The notes beneath the pieces are model-generated. The model worked only from the letters and a program-made list of their open reading frames with translations, was not told where the DNA came from and searched no databases. Positions 1-12,756 of a stretch of 64,000 bases of DNA are shown piece after piece. The stretch's first letter is position 1. Each line of letters begins with the position of its first letter. A program made the translations under genes and the position numbers. Origin of the DNA: a bacterium (lineage in GTDB: Bacteria > Acidobacteriota > Blastocatellia > HR10); the NCBI GenBank assembly GCA_041640655.1, contig JBEPZV010000005.1:1-64000 (forward strand), read 5' to 3'.

Positions 1-101
1 AGGGGATCACGCGCGTCGTCTTCGATCGCGGCGGCTATCGGTACCACGGACGCGTGAAGGCGCTGGCAGAGGCCGCGCGCGAGGCGGGCCTGGAGTTCTG
101 A
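1..101 (+). CDS. rplR: 50S ribosomal protein L18, 3' end (partial)
   Basis: Frame from nt 3 reads [32 protein letters not shown]; directly upstream of rpsE. Confidence 0.97.
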   Translation, partial: GITRVVFDRGGYRYHGRVKALAEAAREAGLEF

Positions 102-117
102 GCCGAGGAGGCATCCT

Positions 118-627
118 ATGGCGGTGGCCAAGCGCGAGATCATCTCGCCCGAAGGATTGAACCTGAAGGAATACGTCGTCTCGGTCAAGCGCGTGGCGAA
201 GGTCGTCAAAGGGGGGAAGAATCTCTCCTTCAGCGCCCTGGTCGTCGTCGGCAATCAGGAGGGGATCGTCGGCTTCGGCCTGGGGAAGGCGCGCGAGGTG
301 CCCGCGGCGATCAAAAAGGGCATCGAGGCGGCCAAGAAGAACCTCATGCGCATCCCCTTGAAGGGAACGACGATCCCACATCCGGTGATCGGGCACTTCG
401 GCGCGGGGAAAGTGCTCCTGCGTCCGGCGTCCGAAGGGACGGGAGTGATCGCCGGCGGTCCCGTGCGCGCCATCATGCAGGCGGCGGGCGTGCGCGATGT
501 GCTCACCAAGTCCATCGGCTCGAATAACCCGCATAACGTCGTGCGAGCGACCTTCGCCGGACTCCGCATGTTGCGCAGCGCTGAGGAGGTCGCCCGATTG
601 CGCGGGAAAGCCGTCGCCGAATTGTGA
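118..627 (+). CDS. rpsE: 30S ribosomal protein S5
   Basis: [25 protein letters not shown] motifs; GGAGG SD. Confidence 0.99.
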   Translation: MAVAKREIISPEGLNLKEYVVSVKRVAKVVKGGKNLSFSALVVVGNQEGIVGFGLGKAREVPAAIKKGIEAAKKNLMRIPLKGTTIPHPVIGHFGAGKVLLRPASEGTGVIAGGPVRAIMQAAGVRDVLTKSIGSNNPHNVVRATFAGLRMLRSAEEVARLRGKAVAEL

Positions 628-650
628 GCGCGCTCTCGGAGGGAGGGGCT

Positions 651-863
651 ATGAGCGAGGCGAAGAAGCCGGTCAAGACGATCCGCATCCAGTACTATCG
701 GAGCGTCATCGGGCATCCGAAGAAGCATAAGATCATCGTGCGGAGCCTCGGCTTGACCAAGCTGAATCAGATCGTCGAGCGTCCGGATCATCCGGCCATT
801 CGTGGCATGGTGGCGAAGGTGCCGCATCTGGTGCGCATTCTGGAAGACGAGCCGAAGGCGTGA
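651..863 (+). CDS. rpmD: 50S ribosomal protein L30
   Basis: RSVIG...LGLTKLNQ...IRGMVAKV; ATG 651 after GGAGG; synteny. Confidence 0.96.
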   Translation: MSEAKKPVKTIRIQYYRSVIGHPKKHKIIVRSLGLTKLNQIVERPDHPAIRGMVAKVPHLVRILEDEPKA

Positions 864-918
864 GGGACGCCCTCGGTGATCGAGAGATCGCCTGGGGACC
901 CTCGTGGGGAGGGGGGAT

Positions 919-1374
919 ATGGTCTTGGGCTTGCACAACCTGAAGAGGCCGGCCGGGGCCGTGCATCGCCCCAAGCGCGTGGGGCGGGGGCCCGGATCCG
1001 GTCATGGGAAGACGGCCACGCGCGGGCATAAGGGGCAGAAGTCGCGTTCGGGATTCTCACTGCGGCCGGGATTCGAGGGCGGACAGATGCCGCTCATCCG
1101 TCGCTTGCCCAAGCGGGGATTCACGAACGAATTCAAGAAGGAGTGGGCGGAAGTGAATCTCGATGTGCTGGAGGCGAGGTTCGAGACGGGCGCGGAGGTC
1201 ACGCCGAAGGTCCTGCAGGAGCGGGGGATCGTCAAGAAGATCGGTGATGGCGTCGTCATTCTCGGGCGGGGCGAGCTGACCAAACCGTTGCGCGTCGTGG
1301 CCCATCGCTTCAGCGCCTCGGCGCGAGAGAAGATCCTCGCTGCCGGAGGGAGCGTGGAGGTGATCGCCCGATAG
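919..1374 (+). CDS. rplO: 50S ribosomal protein L15
   Basis: [31 protein letters not shown]. Confidence 0.98.
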   Translation: MVLGLHNLKRPAGAVHRPKRVGRGPGSGHGKTATRGHKGQKSRSGFSLRPGFEGGQMPLIRRLPKRGFTNEFKKEWAEVNLDVLEARFETGAEVTPKVLQERGIVKKIGDGVVILGRGELTKPLRVVAHRFSASAREKILAAGGSVEVIAR

Positions 1375-1415
1375 CCGCCAGCGGAGCATCGGGCGGTTCA
1401 CCGCGGAGGGGGGAT

Positions 1416-2828
1416 ATGCTGGAGAATCTCATCAAGACCTTCCGCAATGTGTTCATCATCCCCGATCTCCGCAAGCGCCTGCTCTACACGCTCGCCATGC
1501 TCGTCGTCTATCGCGCGGGATCGGTGATCCTCACCCCCGGAATTGATCGCGTGGTGCTCGAGCGGCTCTGGCGCGATGTGGCGAGCAATCTGCTCGGCGT
1601 CCTCGATCTCTTCACCGGCGGGAATCTGCGCGTGGTCTCGATCTTCGCCCTCGGGGTGACGCCCTACATCACGGCCTCGATCATCATGCAGCTGATGACG
1701 GTCGTCTCCGAGCGCGTGAAGCAGATTCAGCAGGAGGGGGAACTCGGGCGCCGTAAGATCAACCAGTACACGCGCTACGTGACCGTGCTGCTGTGCTTGA
1801 TCCAGTCCACGGGGATCGCCTATTGGCTCACGCAGCAGCCCGATCTGGTGACGGGATTGAGTCCGCGGGCGTTCATCCCCCTGGCCGCGCTGACGTGGAC
1901 TACGGGGACGATCTTCATCATGTGGATCGGGGAACAGATCACCGAGCGCGGCATCGGCAACGGCATCTCGCTCATCATCTTCGCCGGGATCGTCATCGGA
2001 CTCCCGCGCGCGCTCGCGCAGATCTGGGAGCGGATCAGCCGGGCCGATCCGTTGACGACGCTCGGCATCCTGCTCATGCTCGTGGCCGGCGTGTTGATTG
2101 TCGCCGCCGTCGTCTTCGTGGAGCGCGGACAGCGGAAGATCCCCATCAGCTATGCGCGCCGCGTCGTCGGGCAGCGCATGCTCGGTGGACAGATGACGCA
2201 TCTGCCGCTGCGCGTGAACATGGGCGGTGTGATCCCGGTCATCTTCGCCGTCTCCGTCCTCTCCTTCCCGCAGACGATCGCCCAGTTCACCAATTGGACG
2301 TGGTTGCAGCGCCATGTGCAGAATTTCAATCGCGCGGGCCATCCCTTCTATGACCTCGTCTTCGTGATCGCCATCGTCTTCTTCAGCTTCTTCTACGTCT
2401 CGATCATCTTCAACACGGACGAAGTCGCCGATAATCTGCGCAAGCACGGCGGGTTCATTCCGGGCATTCGACCGGGCAAGCGCACGTCCGAGTATCTGAA
2501 CGAGATCCTGACGCGGTTGACGGCCGTCGGATCGCTCTATCTGGCGATCATCTGCTTGATCCCACAGCTCATCCTGACGGGGTTCAAGGTGCAGGAGATC
2601 CCGTGGATCGGCCCGTGGCTCTCGAACATCCTGGCGAATACGCCGGGGCTCAGTTGGATTCAAGATGGCCTGGGCTTTCAGTTCTACTTCGGGGGGACCT
2701 CGCTGCTGATCGTCGTCGGCGTGGCCATGGATACGATCGCGCAGATCGAGTCGCAGCTCATCATGCGCCACTACGATGGCTTTCTCGGACCGCGCGGCCG
2801 GCGCCTGCGCGGCCGGCGCGTCGGATGA
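1416..2828 (+). CDS. secY: Preprotein translocase subunit SecY
   Basis: [46 protein letters not shown]; multiple TM helices. Confidence 0.99.
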   Translation: MLENLIKTFRNVFIIPDLRKRLLYTLAMLVVYRAGSVILTPGIDRVVLERLWRDVASNLLGVLDLFTGGNLRVVSIFALGVTPYITASIIMQLMTVVSERVKQIQQEGELGRRKINQYTRYVTVLLCLIQSTGIAYWLTQQPDLVTGLSPRAFIPLAALTWTTGTIFIMWIGEQITERGIGNGISLIIFAGIVIGLPRALAQIWERISRADPLTTLGILLMLVAGVLIVAAVVFVERGQRKIPISYARRVVGQRMLGGQMTHLPLRVNMGGVIPVIFAVSVLSFPQTIAQFTNWTWLQRHVQNFNRAGHPFYDLVFVIAIVFFSFFYVSIIFNTDEVADNLRKHGGFIPGIRPGKRTSEYLNEILTRLTAVGSLYLAIICLIPQLILTGFKVQEIPWIGPWLSNILANTPGLSWIQDGLGFQFYFGGTSLLIVVGVAMDTIAQIESQLIMRHYDGFLGPRGRRLRGRRVG

Positions 2829-2838
2829 AGGGGGCGCG

Positions 2839-3510
2839 GTGGGAGCAATCGTCGTCCTCATGGGCATGCCCGGAGCCGGGAAGGGCACACAAGCGCGGTT
2901 GATCGCCGAGCGATTCGGATGGCCGCAGATCTCGACCGGCGATATCTTGCGAGAGATCGCGCAGACGGAGACGGAGTTGGGCCGTGTGGTCCGCGAGACA
3001 CAGAAGGCCGGTCAGTTGGTGAGCGATGAGATCCTGATGGAGATCATTCGCGAGCGCACATCGCGAGCCGATTGCGAGCGAGGGTATATCCTGGACGGCT
3101 ATCCGAGAACGGCGGCGCAAGCGGAGTTTCTCGATGCGCTGGCCCGAGAGCAGGGGAAGCGCGTGATCGTCATCCATATCGTCGTCTCGCGGGATTCTCT
3201 GGTGAAGCGCTTGGCGGGTCGGCGCTCGTGTCCGCGGTGTGGCGAGATTTACAATGTGTATCTCCGGCCGCCGCGCGAGGACGAAGTGTGTGATCGCTGC
3301 GGCACGCCCTTGCTGCGGCGAGCTGACGATGTCCCCGAAGCGATCGAGAAGCGCTATGATGTGTATCGGGAGAAGACGGCGCCGCTGCTCGAGTACTATC
3401 GGCAGCGCGCGGCCTTCTTCGAGGTGGACGGAGAGCGCCCGATCGAGGAGATCTTCCGGCAGATCGAGGCGATCGTGCAGGCGGCGGGGACTGGAGACGA
3501 TCCGCACTGA
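2839..3510 (+). CDS. adk: Adenylate kinase with Zn-binding LID
   Basis: GMPGAGKGTQA P-loop, ISTGDILR, LDGYPRT, CPRC...CDRC; GTG start inferred. Confidence 0.97.
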   Translation: MGAIVVLMGMPGAGKGTQARLIAERFGWPQISTGDILREIAQTETELGRVVRETQKAGQLVSDEILMEIIRERTSRADCERGYILDGYPRTAAQAEFLDALAREQGKRVIVIHIVVSRDSLVKRLAGRRSCPRCGEIYNVYLRPPREDEVCDRCGTPLLRRADDVPEAIEKRYDVYREKTAPLLEYYRQRAAFFEVDGERPIEEIFRQIEAIVQAAGTGDDPH

Positions 3511-3516
3511 ACGCCT

Positions 3517-4278
3517 ATGGTCGTGTGTCGGACCAAGGAGGAGATCGAGAAGATTCGGCGCGCCGGGCGCATCGTCGCTGAGGTCCTGCGCGATCTGCGC
3601 CAGATGGCGCAGCCGGGGGTGACCACGCGCGAGCTGGATCGCTATGCTGAGGCGAAGATTCGCGCCCGCGGGGGGATTCCCACGTTCAAGGGGTATCGGG
3701 GATTTCCCGCCTCCATCTGTACCTCGATCAACGAGGAAGTCGTGCACGGCATCCCCTCGGATCGGAAGCTGCAGGCCGGGGACATCGTAGGGATTGATTG
3801 CGGGGTGACGCTCGACGGGTACGTGGCGGATGCCGCGATCACGGTGCCCGTCGGAGAGATCTCCGAGGAGTTGCAGCGCTTGCTGCGGGTGACGGAGGAG
3901 GCCCTCTATCGGGCCATCGAGCAGGCGCGGGTGGGGAACCGGCTCTACGACATCTCCTACGCCGTCCAGTCGTATGCTGAAGCGCACGGGTATTCGGTCG
4001 TGCGGGATTTCTGCGGGCACGGCGTCGGGCGTCAGATGCACGAGGACCCGCAGGTGCCGAACTTCGGGACGCCGGGGCGTGGCTTGCGCCTGAGGCCGGG
4101 ACTGGTCCTGGCCATCGAGCCGATGCTCAATCTGGGGACGCATGAGGTGGAGATCGCCGAGGACGGATGGACCGTCCGTACTGTGGATCGGAAGCCCTCG
4201 GCGCACTTCGAGCATACGATCGCCATCACCGAACGGGGCCCGGTCATCCTGACGACGCTCGATGCTGAGCCCGGATGA
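3517..4278 (+). CDS. map: Methionine aminopeptidase type I
   Basis: [32 protein letters not shown]. Confidence 0.98.
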   Translation: MVVCRTKEEIEKIRRAGRIVAEVLRDLRQMAQPGVTTRELDRYAEAKIRARGGIPTFKGYRGFPASICTSINEEVVHGIPSDRKLQAGDIVGIDCGVTLDGYVADAAITVPVGEISEELQRLLRVTEEALYRAIEQARVGNRLYDISYAVQSYAEAHGYSVVRDFCGHGVGRQMHEDPQVPNFGTPGRGLRLRPGLVLAIEPMLNLGTHEVEIAEDGWTVRTVDRKPSAHFEHTIAITERGPVILTTLDAEPG

Positions 4279-4281
4279 TGC

Positions 4282-4311
4282 TTGGCAGCCGTTGCCACTT
4301 TGTGGTATAGT
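4282..4311 (+). promoter_or_regulatory. Putative internal sigma70 promoter for rpmJ-rpsM-...
   Basis: TTGGCA-18nt-TATAGT with TG extension in the map-rpmJ gap. Confidence 0.5.
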
Positions 4312-4340
4312 TAGCAACTTGCGTCAAGGAGGGAAGCGCC

Positions 4341-4454
4341 ATGAAGGTCAGGGCCTCCGTCAAGCGGATCTGCGATCGCTGTCGCATCATCCGCCGCAAG
4401 GGGGTGGTGCGCGTCATTTGCACGAATCCCAAGCATAAACAGCGACAGGGGTGA
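4341..4454 (+). CDS. rpmJ: 50S ribosomal protein L36 (absent from ORF track)
   Basis: [46 protein letters not shown]. Confidence 0.98.
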   Translation: MKVRASVKRICDRCRIIRRKGVVRVICTNPKHKQRQG

Positions 4455-4460
4455 CGACGT

Positions 4461-4844
4461 ATGGCACGAATCGCGGGCGTGGAGATTCCACCCAATAAGC
4501 GGGTGCTCATCGGCTTGACCTACATCTTCGGCATCGGGCGTTCGCGCTCGGCGCGCATTTTGCAGCAGGCGGGCGTGAACCCGGATAAGAAGGTGCGCGA
4601 TCTGACCGACGAGGAGATCACCCGCATCCGCCAGATCATTGATCAGGAGGGGAACATCGAGGGCGATTTGCGCAAGAAGATTCAGATGGACATCCGCCGC
4701 CTGATCGAGATCGGGTGCTACCGGGGATTGCGCCACCGCGTGGGGCTTCCCGTTCGCGGGCAGCGCACGCATACGAATGCGCGCACGCGGAAGGGGCCGC
4801 GTCGGGCCACCGTGCCGAAGAAGAAGGCGCCAGGGAAGAAGTGA
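4461..4844 (+). CDS. rpsM: 30S ribosomal protein S13
   Basis: [30 protein letters not shown]. Confidence 0.99.
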   Translation: MARIAGVEIPPNKRVLIGLTYIFGIGRSRSARILQQAGVNPDKKVRDLTDEEITRIRQIIDQEGNIEGDLRKKIQMDIRRLIEIGCYRGLRHRVGLPVRGQRTHTNARTRKGPRRATVPKKKAPGKK

Positions 4845-4862
4845 GGGGCCAGGAGGGCGACT

Positions 4863-5261
4863 ATGGCGAGGGCGGCGAAACGACGAGGAGCGAAGAAGAA
4901 AGAGAAGCGAATCGTGCCACATGGGATCGTGCATATCAAGTCCACGTTCAATAACACGATTGTGACGGTGACCGATCTGGAGGGGAACACGCTCGTGTGG
5001 GCCAGCGGTGGGACCTTGGGCTTCAAGGGCTCGCGCAAGGGGACGCCTTTCGCGGCGCAGCAGGCGGCCTTGCGCGCAGCGACCATGGCGCGCGAGCAGT
5101 GTGGCATGCGTAGTTGTGAGGTGTGGGTGAAGGGGCCGGGATCGGGACGCGAGTCGGCCATTCGGGCCGTGCATTCGGCGGGGTTGGAGATCAAGGTCAT
5201 TCGCGATGTCACGCCCATCCCCCACAACGGATGTCGTCCGCCCAAGCGGCGACGGGTATGA
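4863..5261 (+). CDS. rpsK: 30S ribosomal protein S11
   Basis: [39 protein letters not shown]. Confidence 0.99.
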   Translation: MARAAKRRGAKKKEKRIVPHGIVHIKSTFNNTIVTVTDLEGNTLVWASGGTLGFKGSRKGTPFAAQQAALRAATMAREQCGMRSCEVWVKGPGSGRESAIRAVHSAGLEIKVIRDVTPIPHNGCRPPKRRRV

Positions 5262-5356
5262 TGAGCCGACGCGTGAGGGGGAGGGCCAGGTCACTCCATT
5301 TTTCTGACGAGGCGTGAGCGCGCGGGTGATCCCGTGCGCCCACGGGTGAGGACGGT

Positions 5357-6010
5357 ATGGCGAGATACACGGGACCGGTATGCCGATTGTGCCGTCGGGA
5401 GGGCATGAAGCTCTTCCTCAAGGGAGATCGGTGCTTCAAGCCCTCGTGCGCGATCGAGAAGCGGGGGACGTTCCCCCCGGGACAACATGGCCGCGAGATG
5501 CGTCGCGCCAAGCTCACCGGCTATGCCGAGCAGTTGCGCGAGAAACAGAAGGTCAGGCGGATCTATGGCGTCCTGGAGCGCCAGTTCCGGCGCTATTTCG
5601 AGGAGGCGTCGCGCAGCAAGGGGGTGACCGGAGAGGCGTTGCTCACGCTCCTGGAGCGGCGATTGGATAATGTCGTCTATCGCCTGGGCTTCGCGCTCTC
5701 GCGGGCGCACGCGCGGCAGTTGGTGAATCACGGGCACATTCTGGTCAAGCGCAAAGGGGTGGAGCGCACGGTGGATATCCCCTCCTTCCGCGTGCAGCCG
5801 GGTGACGAGATCAGCGTGGCGCCGGACATGCGGAAGAACGTGCATGTGCAGGAGGCGATCCAAACGGCTGCCGGGCGAACCGGACGTCCCGCGTGGCTCG
5901 AATTGGTGGATGCGGAGCAGTGTCGCGGGCGCGTCGTCGCTCTGCCGACGCGAGCCGACATCTCGCCCGACATTCGCGAGAATCTCATCGTGGAATTGTA
6001 CTCGAAGTAG
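5357..6010 (+). CDS. rpsD: 30S ribosomal protein S4
   Basis: [42 protein letters not shown]. Confidence 0.99.
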   Translation: MARYTGPVCRLCRREGMKLFLKGDRCFKPSCAIEKRGTFPPGQHGREMRRAKLTGYAEQLREKQKVRRIYGVLERQFRRYFEEASRSKGVTGEALLTLLERRLDNVVYRLGFALSRAHARQLVNHGHILVKRKGVERTVDIPSFRVQPGDEISVAPDMRKNVHVQEAIQTAAGRTGRPAWLELVDAEQCRGRVVALPTRADISPDIRENLIVELYSK

Positions 6011-6016
6011 GGAGCT

Positions 6017-7021
6017 ATGAGCATGCCATATTGGACGGGCTTCCAACGACCGAGACGCGTGGTGTGTGATCTGGAGACCCTCACCGACCGCTACGGACGG
6101 TTCACGGCGCAGCCCTTCGAGCGCGGGTTCGGGACGACTATCGGCAACAGCTTGCGACGGGCGCTGTTGGCGGGCATCGAGGGGGCGGCCGTGACGGCCG
6201 TGCGCATCGAGGGGGTCTTGCACGAGTTCTCCCCCATCCCGGGAGTCCTCGAGGACGCCACCGATGTCATCCTGAATCTCAAGCGCATTCCGTTTCGACT
6301 GCACGCGGCCGGACCGGTGACGGTGCGGCTGCAGAAGGATACCCCCGGTGAGGTCTACTCGCGCGATATTGAGACGCCGGGTGAGGCGGAAGTCCTCGAT
6401 CCGGATATTTACATCGCGACGATCGCCGAGGGCGGCTCGCTCAACGTCGAGATGCGCGTCAAGTGGGGGCGCGGCTACGTGCCCGCCGAGCGCAACTTCG
6501 ATGATGATCTGCCGGCCGGATACATCCCCGTGGATTCGGTCCACTCTCCCATCCGGAAGGTGAACATGACCGTGGAGCCCGCGCGCATCGGTCAGGTGAC
6601 CGAGTACGATAAGCTCATTCTGGAGATCTGGACCAACGGGGCGATCAAACCGGCAGATGCCTTGGGACTGGCGGCGAAGCTGATCAAGGACCATCTCGCC
6701 ATCTTCATCAACTTCGAGGAGGAGGAAGAGGAGGCTGAGCCGGTCGTCGCGTCGGTGCCGGAGCCGCCGCCGGTGATCCCTGAGGAGGTGCTCAATCGCC
6801 CGATCGAGGAGTTGGAGCTGTCGGTTCGCGCCTTCAACTGTTTGAAGAACGCGGGGGTGTATACCGTGCGTGATCTCGTGCAGCGCACCGAGGCCGAGAT
6901 CATGCAGGTGAAGAACTTCGGCAAGAAGTCTCTCGATGAGGTGAAGAGCGTCCTGGCCAGCCTCAATCCCCCGCTCTCGCTCGGTATGAAGCTCGATGAG
7001 AAGGGACGGGTGATTCGATAG
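6017..7021 (+). CDS. rpoA: RNA polymerase subunit alpha
   Basis: [40 protein letters not shown]. Confidence 0.99.
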   Translation: MSMPYWTGFQRPRRVVCDLETLTDRYGRFTAQPFERGFGTTIGNSLRRALLAGIEGAAVTAVRIEGVLHEFSPIPGVLEDATDVILNLKRIPFRLHAAGPVTVRLQKDTPGEVYSRDIETPGEAEVLDPDIYIATIAEGGSLNVEMRVKWGRGYVPAERNFDDDLPAGYIPVDSVHSPIRKVNMTVEPARIGQVTEYDKLILEIWTNGAIKPADALGLAAKLIKDHLAIFINFEEEEEEAEPVVASVPEPPPVIPEEVLNRPIEELELSVRAFNCLKNAGVYTVRDLVQRTEAEIMQVKNFGKKSLDEVKSVLASLNPPLSLGMKLDEKGRVIR

Positions 7022-7033
7022 GGAGAGGGGCGT

Positions 7034-7498
7034 ATGCGCCATCGCGTGGATCATCGGAAGTTGAGACGGCCGACGGAGCATCGCCTGGCGATGCTGCGCA
7101 ATCTCTGCACATCGTTCATCATCGAGGAGCGGTTGGTGACGACGCTGGCCAAGGCGAAGGAGCTGCGCCGATTCGCGGAACGCGCCATCACATTGGCGCG
7201 GCGCAGTCTGCGGGCGGAGACGCCGGCGCAAGCGCTTCACTATCGCCGATTGGCCGCGCGGTATTTCATCGGGGGGCATGCGCAGGTCCGCTTTCGCGAG
7301 CACAAGAAGGAGCCGATTCGAACGATCGAACGCACGGCCGGTGTGAGGGCGCTCAAGAAGCTCTTCGATGAGATCGGTCCGCGGTACAGCGACCGACCGG
7401 GAGGGTATACGCGCATCCTGAAGCTCGGGATGCGGAAGGGGGATGGGGCGCAATTGGCCCTGATCGAGCTGGTCAAGGAGGAGAAGAAAGCCTCCTGA
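7034..7498 (+). CDS. rplQ: 50S ribosomal protein L17 with internal insertion
   Basis: MRHR, TTLAKAKELR, RPGGYTRILK, RKGDGA. Confidence 0.98.
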   Translation: MRHRVDHRKLRRPTEHRLAMLRNLCTSFIIEERLVTTLAKAKELRRFAERAITLARRSLRAETPAQALHYRRLAARYFIGGHAQVRFREHKKEPIRTIERTAGVRALKKLFDEIGPRYSDRPGGYTRILKLGMRKGDGAQLALIELVKEEKKAS

Positions 7499-7544
7499 GC
7501 GTGGGCCTCACGACCCTCGGACGCCGGGAACCGGAGGAGCGCTC

Positions 7545-8618
7545 ATGGATCTCCTCGCGCGGCAGGAGCGGGTGCGGCGCGCCCTCGCCGAGCGACAGCT
7601 TGAGGCGCTCCTGGTCACGCATGTGCCGAACGTTCGGTACCTCACGGGGTTCACCGGAAGCGCCGGCATCGCCCTGGTGACGCTGGAGGCGACCTATTTC
7701 ATCACGGACTCCCGATATACGCTCCAGGCTCAAAGTCAAGTCGCCGCTCGCCTCTTCCCCGCTGAGGATTCGCACGAGCGCGCGGTCGCTGACCTCATCC
7801 GAAGAGAGCGGCTTCGGAGGGTCGGACTGGAGGCCGAACGGTTGAGCGTCGCGCGATACGAGTTCCTGACCCGCGAGCTGGAGGGGAGCGTTCAGTGGGT
7901 GCCCACGCGCGGAATCGTCGAAGAATTGCGCATGGTGAAAGATGCCGAGGAGCAGCACGCCATTCGTCAGGCCGTCGAGTTGGCCGCTCGGGTCTTCTCC
8001 GAATGCCTCGCCGAAATTCGCCCGGGCGTGCGAGAGCGGGACGTCGCCGCCGAGTTGGAGTACCGGCTGCGGCGCGCCGGAGCTGAACGGCTCGCTTTCG
8101 AGACGATCGTGGCTTCGGGGGAGCGCGCGGCCTTGCCGCATGGTGTCGCTTCGGAGAAGCGGATCGGATATAATGAGTTCGTCGTGATTGACTTCGGGGT
8201 GGTCGTGGATGGATATTGCAGCGATATGACGCGCACGGTCTACGTGGGCATACCCGACGGGCGGGCGCGCGAGGTCTATCATACGGTCTTGGAGGCGCAG
8301 CTCCGGTGCGAGACGGAGATGCGCGCTGGCATGAGCGCGCGCGAGATTGACGCCCTGACGCGTGATCTCATCACGGCGCGCGGATATGGCGCGTTCTATG
8401 GGCATGCGACCGGTCATGGCATCGGCCTGGAGGTGCATGAGGCGCCGCGCCTCTCGCGGCAGAACGACGCGCCGGTACCCGCTGGCGCCGTCGTCACCGT
8501 CGAGCCCGGCATTTATCTCCCCGGATGGGGAGGCGTCCGAATCGAGGACGTGGTCATTGTCACCGAGCGCGGCAGTGAGGTTCTAACACCAACGCCGAAG
8601 GAGTTGCTCGTCATCTGA
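7545..8618 (+). CDS. Xaa-Pro peptidase (M24B)
   Basis: [43 protein letters not shown]. Confidence 0.95.
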   Translation: MDLLARQERVRRALAERQLEALLVTHVPNVRYLTGFTGSAGIALVTLEATYFITDSRYTLQAQSQVAARLFPAEDSHERAVADLIRRERLRRVGLEAERLSVARYEFLTRELEGSVQWVPTRGIVEELRMVKDAEEQHAIRQAVELAARVFSECLAEIRPGVRERDVAAELEYRLRRAGAERLAFETIVASGERAALPHGVASEKRIGYNEFVVIDFGVVVDGYCSDMTRTVYVGIPDGRAREVYHTVLEAQLRCETEMRAGMSAREIDALTRDLITARGYGAFYGHATGHGIGLEVHEAPRLSRQNDAPVPAGAVVTVEPGIYLPGWGGVRIEDVVIVTERGSEVLTPTPKELLVI

Positions 8619-8620
8619 CG

Positions 8621-9115
<495 letters not shown>

Positions 9116-9125
9116 CGGGGGGGAT

Positions 9126-10499
<1,374 letters not shown>

Positions 10500-10546
10500 G
10501 AGGCGCGCGGGGAAGCGCTGACGGCGCAGCGAGAAGGAGGAGGGCA

Positions 10547-10864
10547 ATGGGCGTGTTCGAGCCTCCCGTGATCTCCTCCGAGGAAGCACTCCGATTGCGG
10601 CGACAGGCGGAGCTAGCTATCGGCGAATATGTGGCGCGCGGACGCAAGGTGTATCGCGAGATGCCCTTGGCGCGGCTGCTCGGCGCGCTCGGGCGGTTCG
10701 GGATTGCCGCTGAAGAAGCCCCGCACGCGCTCCGCTTGCTGGGGGCGCAGGTCATCGAGATCCCCAGCTTCGTCGCCAAGTACAATTATCGCGTGACCTT
10801 CTCCGAGGACGTGCTCGCGCAGTGTCGTCGCGCGTACGAGGAGTATCGCCGCTCGATGTCCTGA
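10547..10864 (+). CDS. Hypothetical protein (105 aa)
   Basis: Strong AAGGAGG SD before ATG 10547; fills accC-tenA gap. Confidence 0.7.
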   Translation: MGVFEPPVISSEEALRLRRQAELAIGEYVARGRKVYREMPLARLLGALGRFGIAAEEAPHALRLLGAQVIEIPSFVAKYNYRVTFSEDVLAQCRRAYEEYRRSMS

Positions 10865-10968
10865 GGGTGCGTTCGGGGCAACCTCCGCTTGGCTCGCCTC
10901 GCCGCTTGAATCTCACTGCCGCCGGCGGGTGTTCGAGGTCGCGCGTTTCTCTTTCGAGGAGGTGTCAG

Positions 10969-11628
10969 ATGACGGCCTTCCATGAGGAATTGCGGGCTCA
11001 GGCCGAGCCTTTATGGCGGGCGATACAGGGACATCGGTTCCTCGCGGAGACGGCTGCGGGGACGATCCCGCCGCCGACGTTCGCGCGCTGGATGCAGCAG
11101 GATTATCTCTTCGTCCGGGAGGCCATCCCCTTCCTGGGCGTTCTTCTGGCCAGAGCGCCCACGTCGCTGCGTCGTTCGCTCGGGGAGGCGATCGCGGCTC
11201 TTCATCGCGAGCTGGAGGTCTTCGAGCGGCTGGCGCGGGAGCATCAGATCGCGCTCGAGGGCATTCGCATGTTGCCGACGTGCCACGCCTACGTGCAATT
11301 CCTCCTGGCCACAGCCTATGGGCGCTCGTTCCCCGAAGCCTTCACCGTGCTCTACGCTGCGGAGAAGGCGTATCTGGACGCTTGGAGCTGGGTGAAGCAG
11401 CAGCAGCGCGCGGCGAGCCCGTGGCAAGCATTCATCGAGAACTGGACGAGCCCGGCCTTTCGCGAGTACGTGGAGTGGCTCGGCCAGGCGCTCGATACGT
11501 TGGCCGAAGGGGTCCCGGAGGCCGCACGCGCGGCGATGCGTGAGCTCTTTCTGCTGACGGCTCAGTATGAACTGCGCTTTTGGGACATGGCGTGGGCGGG
11601 GGAGCACTGGCCGGTGGAGTTTCCGTGA
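10969..11628 (+). CDS. tenA: TenA family protein (thiamine salvage; Cys-less TenA_E-like)
   Basis: QQDYLF, ENWTS, YELRFWDMAW; GAGGAGG SD. Confidence 0.85.
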   Translation: MTAFHEELRAQAEPLWRAIQGHRFLAETAAGTIPPPTFARWMQQDYLFVREAIPFLGVLLARAPTSLRRSLGEAIAALHRELEVFERLAREHQIALEGIRMLPTCHAYVQFLLATAYGRSFPEAFTVLYAAEKAYLDAWSWVKQQQRAASPWQAFIENWTSPAFREYVEWLGQALDTLAEGVPEAARAAMRELFLLTAQYELRFWDMAWAGEHWPVEFP

Positions 11629-11659
11629 GCGGAAGTGAAAACGGCCAGCCAGCACATCC

Positions 11660-12589
11660 TCACTCGACCTCGCCGCGCGCTTCTTCGAGCAGGCGGAAGA
11701 AGCTCTCGTATCGGCGGGGATGGATGTGCCCCTCTTCCACCGCCGCGCGCACGGCGCATTCCGGTTCGACCGTGTGCGAACAGTCAGCGAATCGGCATCC
11801 GGCGCCGTATCGGGCGATCTCCACGAAGAATCGTCGGACATCCTCCTCGGTCAGGTCCCAGAGACTGAATTGCCGAATCCCGGGCGTATCAATGACGTAG
11901 CCCCCATCGGGGAGACGCACGAGTTCGGCAGCCGTCGTCGTATGCCGGCCGCGTCCCGTGCGGGGGTTCACCTCGCCAACCTTCACCTGGATGCCGGGGA
12001 CCAGAACGCGGAGCAGGGACGATTTGCCCACTCCCGAATGTCCGGCGAAGACCGAGGTCTTGTCCCGAAGGTGCTCGCGCAACTCATCAATGCCCTGCCC
12101 CGTCTTCGCGCTCGTCAAGATGACCGGATAGCCGAGCGCGCGATACATCTGCAGGACGTCGCGCAGCTCCTCCAGGCCCTCCAAGTCCACCTTGTTCACG
12201 CAGATGATCGGATTCAGATCCCCCTTGGCCGCCGCCACCAAATACCGGTCAATGAGCCCCGGGCGAAAGGGCGGATCGGTGACCGAGGAGACGATGACGA
12301 GATTATCTATGTTGGCGGCGACGACCTGCTCGCTCTCTCGCGTCCCCGTGGAGACTTTGCGCGAGAGTTTCGTCCGGCGAGGATGCAGATCGGTGATCAC
12401 GCCCTCTCGTTTCGCCTCATCCACGACCTCCACAGTGACCTCATCGCCGACGACGATGGGATTGGTCGTCTTCAGCCTCTTCGCTAGACTCTCGCGCGCA
12501 TAGCAGTGATAGAGCCCCTCGGGCGTCTCCACCCAGTAGTGTCCCCGGATCGCTTTCAAGACCTTGCCGCTGCGATTCCCTCCACTCAT
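11660..12589 (-). CDS. rsgA: Ribosome small subunit-dependent GTPase A
   Basis: NKVD, GHSGVGKSS, GRHTT, DTPG, CRFADCSH..EPECAV. Confidence 0.97.
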   Translation of the reverse strand: MSGGNRSGKVLKAIRGHYWVETPEGLYHCYARESLAKRLKTTNPIVVGDEVTVEVVDEAKREGVITDLHPRRTKLSRKVSTGTRESEQVVAANIDNLVIVSSVTDPPFRPGLIDRYLVAAAKGDLNPIICVNKVDLEGLEELRDVLQMYRALGYPVILTSAKTGQGIDELREHLRDKTSVFAGHSGVGKSSLLRVLVPGIQVKVGEVNPRTGRGRHTTTAAELVRLPDGGYVIDTPGIRQFSLWDLTEEDVRRFFVEIARYGAGCRFADCSHTVEPECAVRAAVEEGHIHPRRYESFFRLLEEARGEVE

Positions 12590-12756
12590 ACCGGGCTTGC
12601 GTTCTTAAGGGTAGCGTCTGCCGGTGATGAAGGCAAGGAGGGGACGGTGAAGCGGGCGCAGGCATTCGCGCGATGTTGACGGGCTGTCGCGTCGTCTGTC
12701 ATTATACGTTCTGTTTCGATCGGGGGGATTCGCCGTCGAAAGGAGTGAAAGCGCAT

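Noticed and set aside
5291..7453. 720-aa minus-strand ORF (and similar ORFs at 1398-2888, 2761-4317, 17446-19416, 27943-29973)
   Set aside because: Antisense to well-supported genes; no recognisable domains
10865..10968. TPP riboswitch expected upstream of tenA
   Set aside because: Conserved CTGAGA / CTGAT..TAAT core not found
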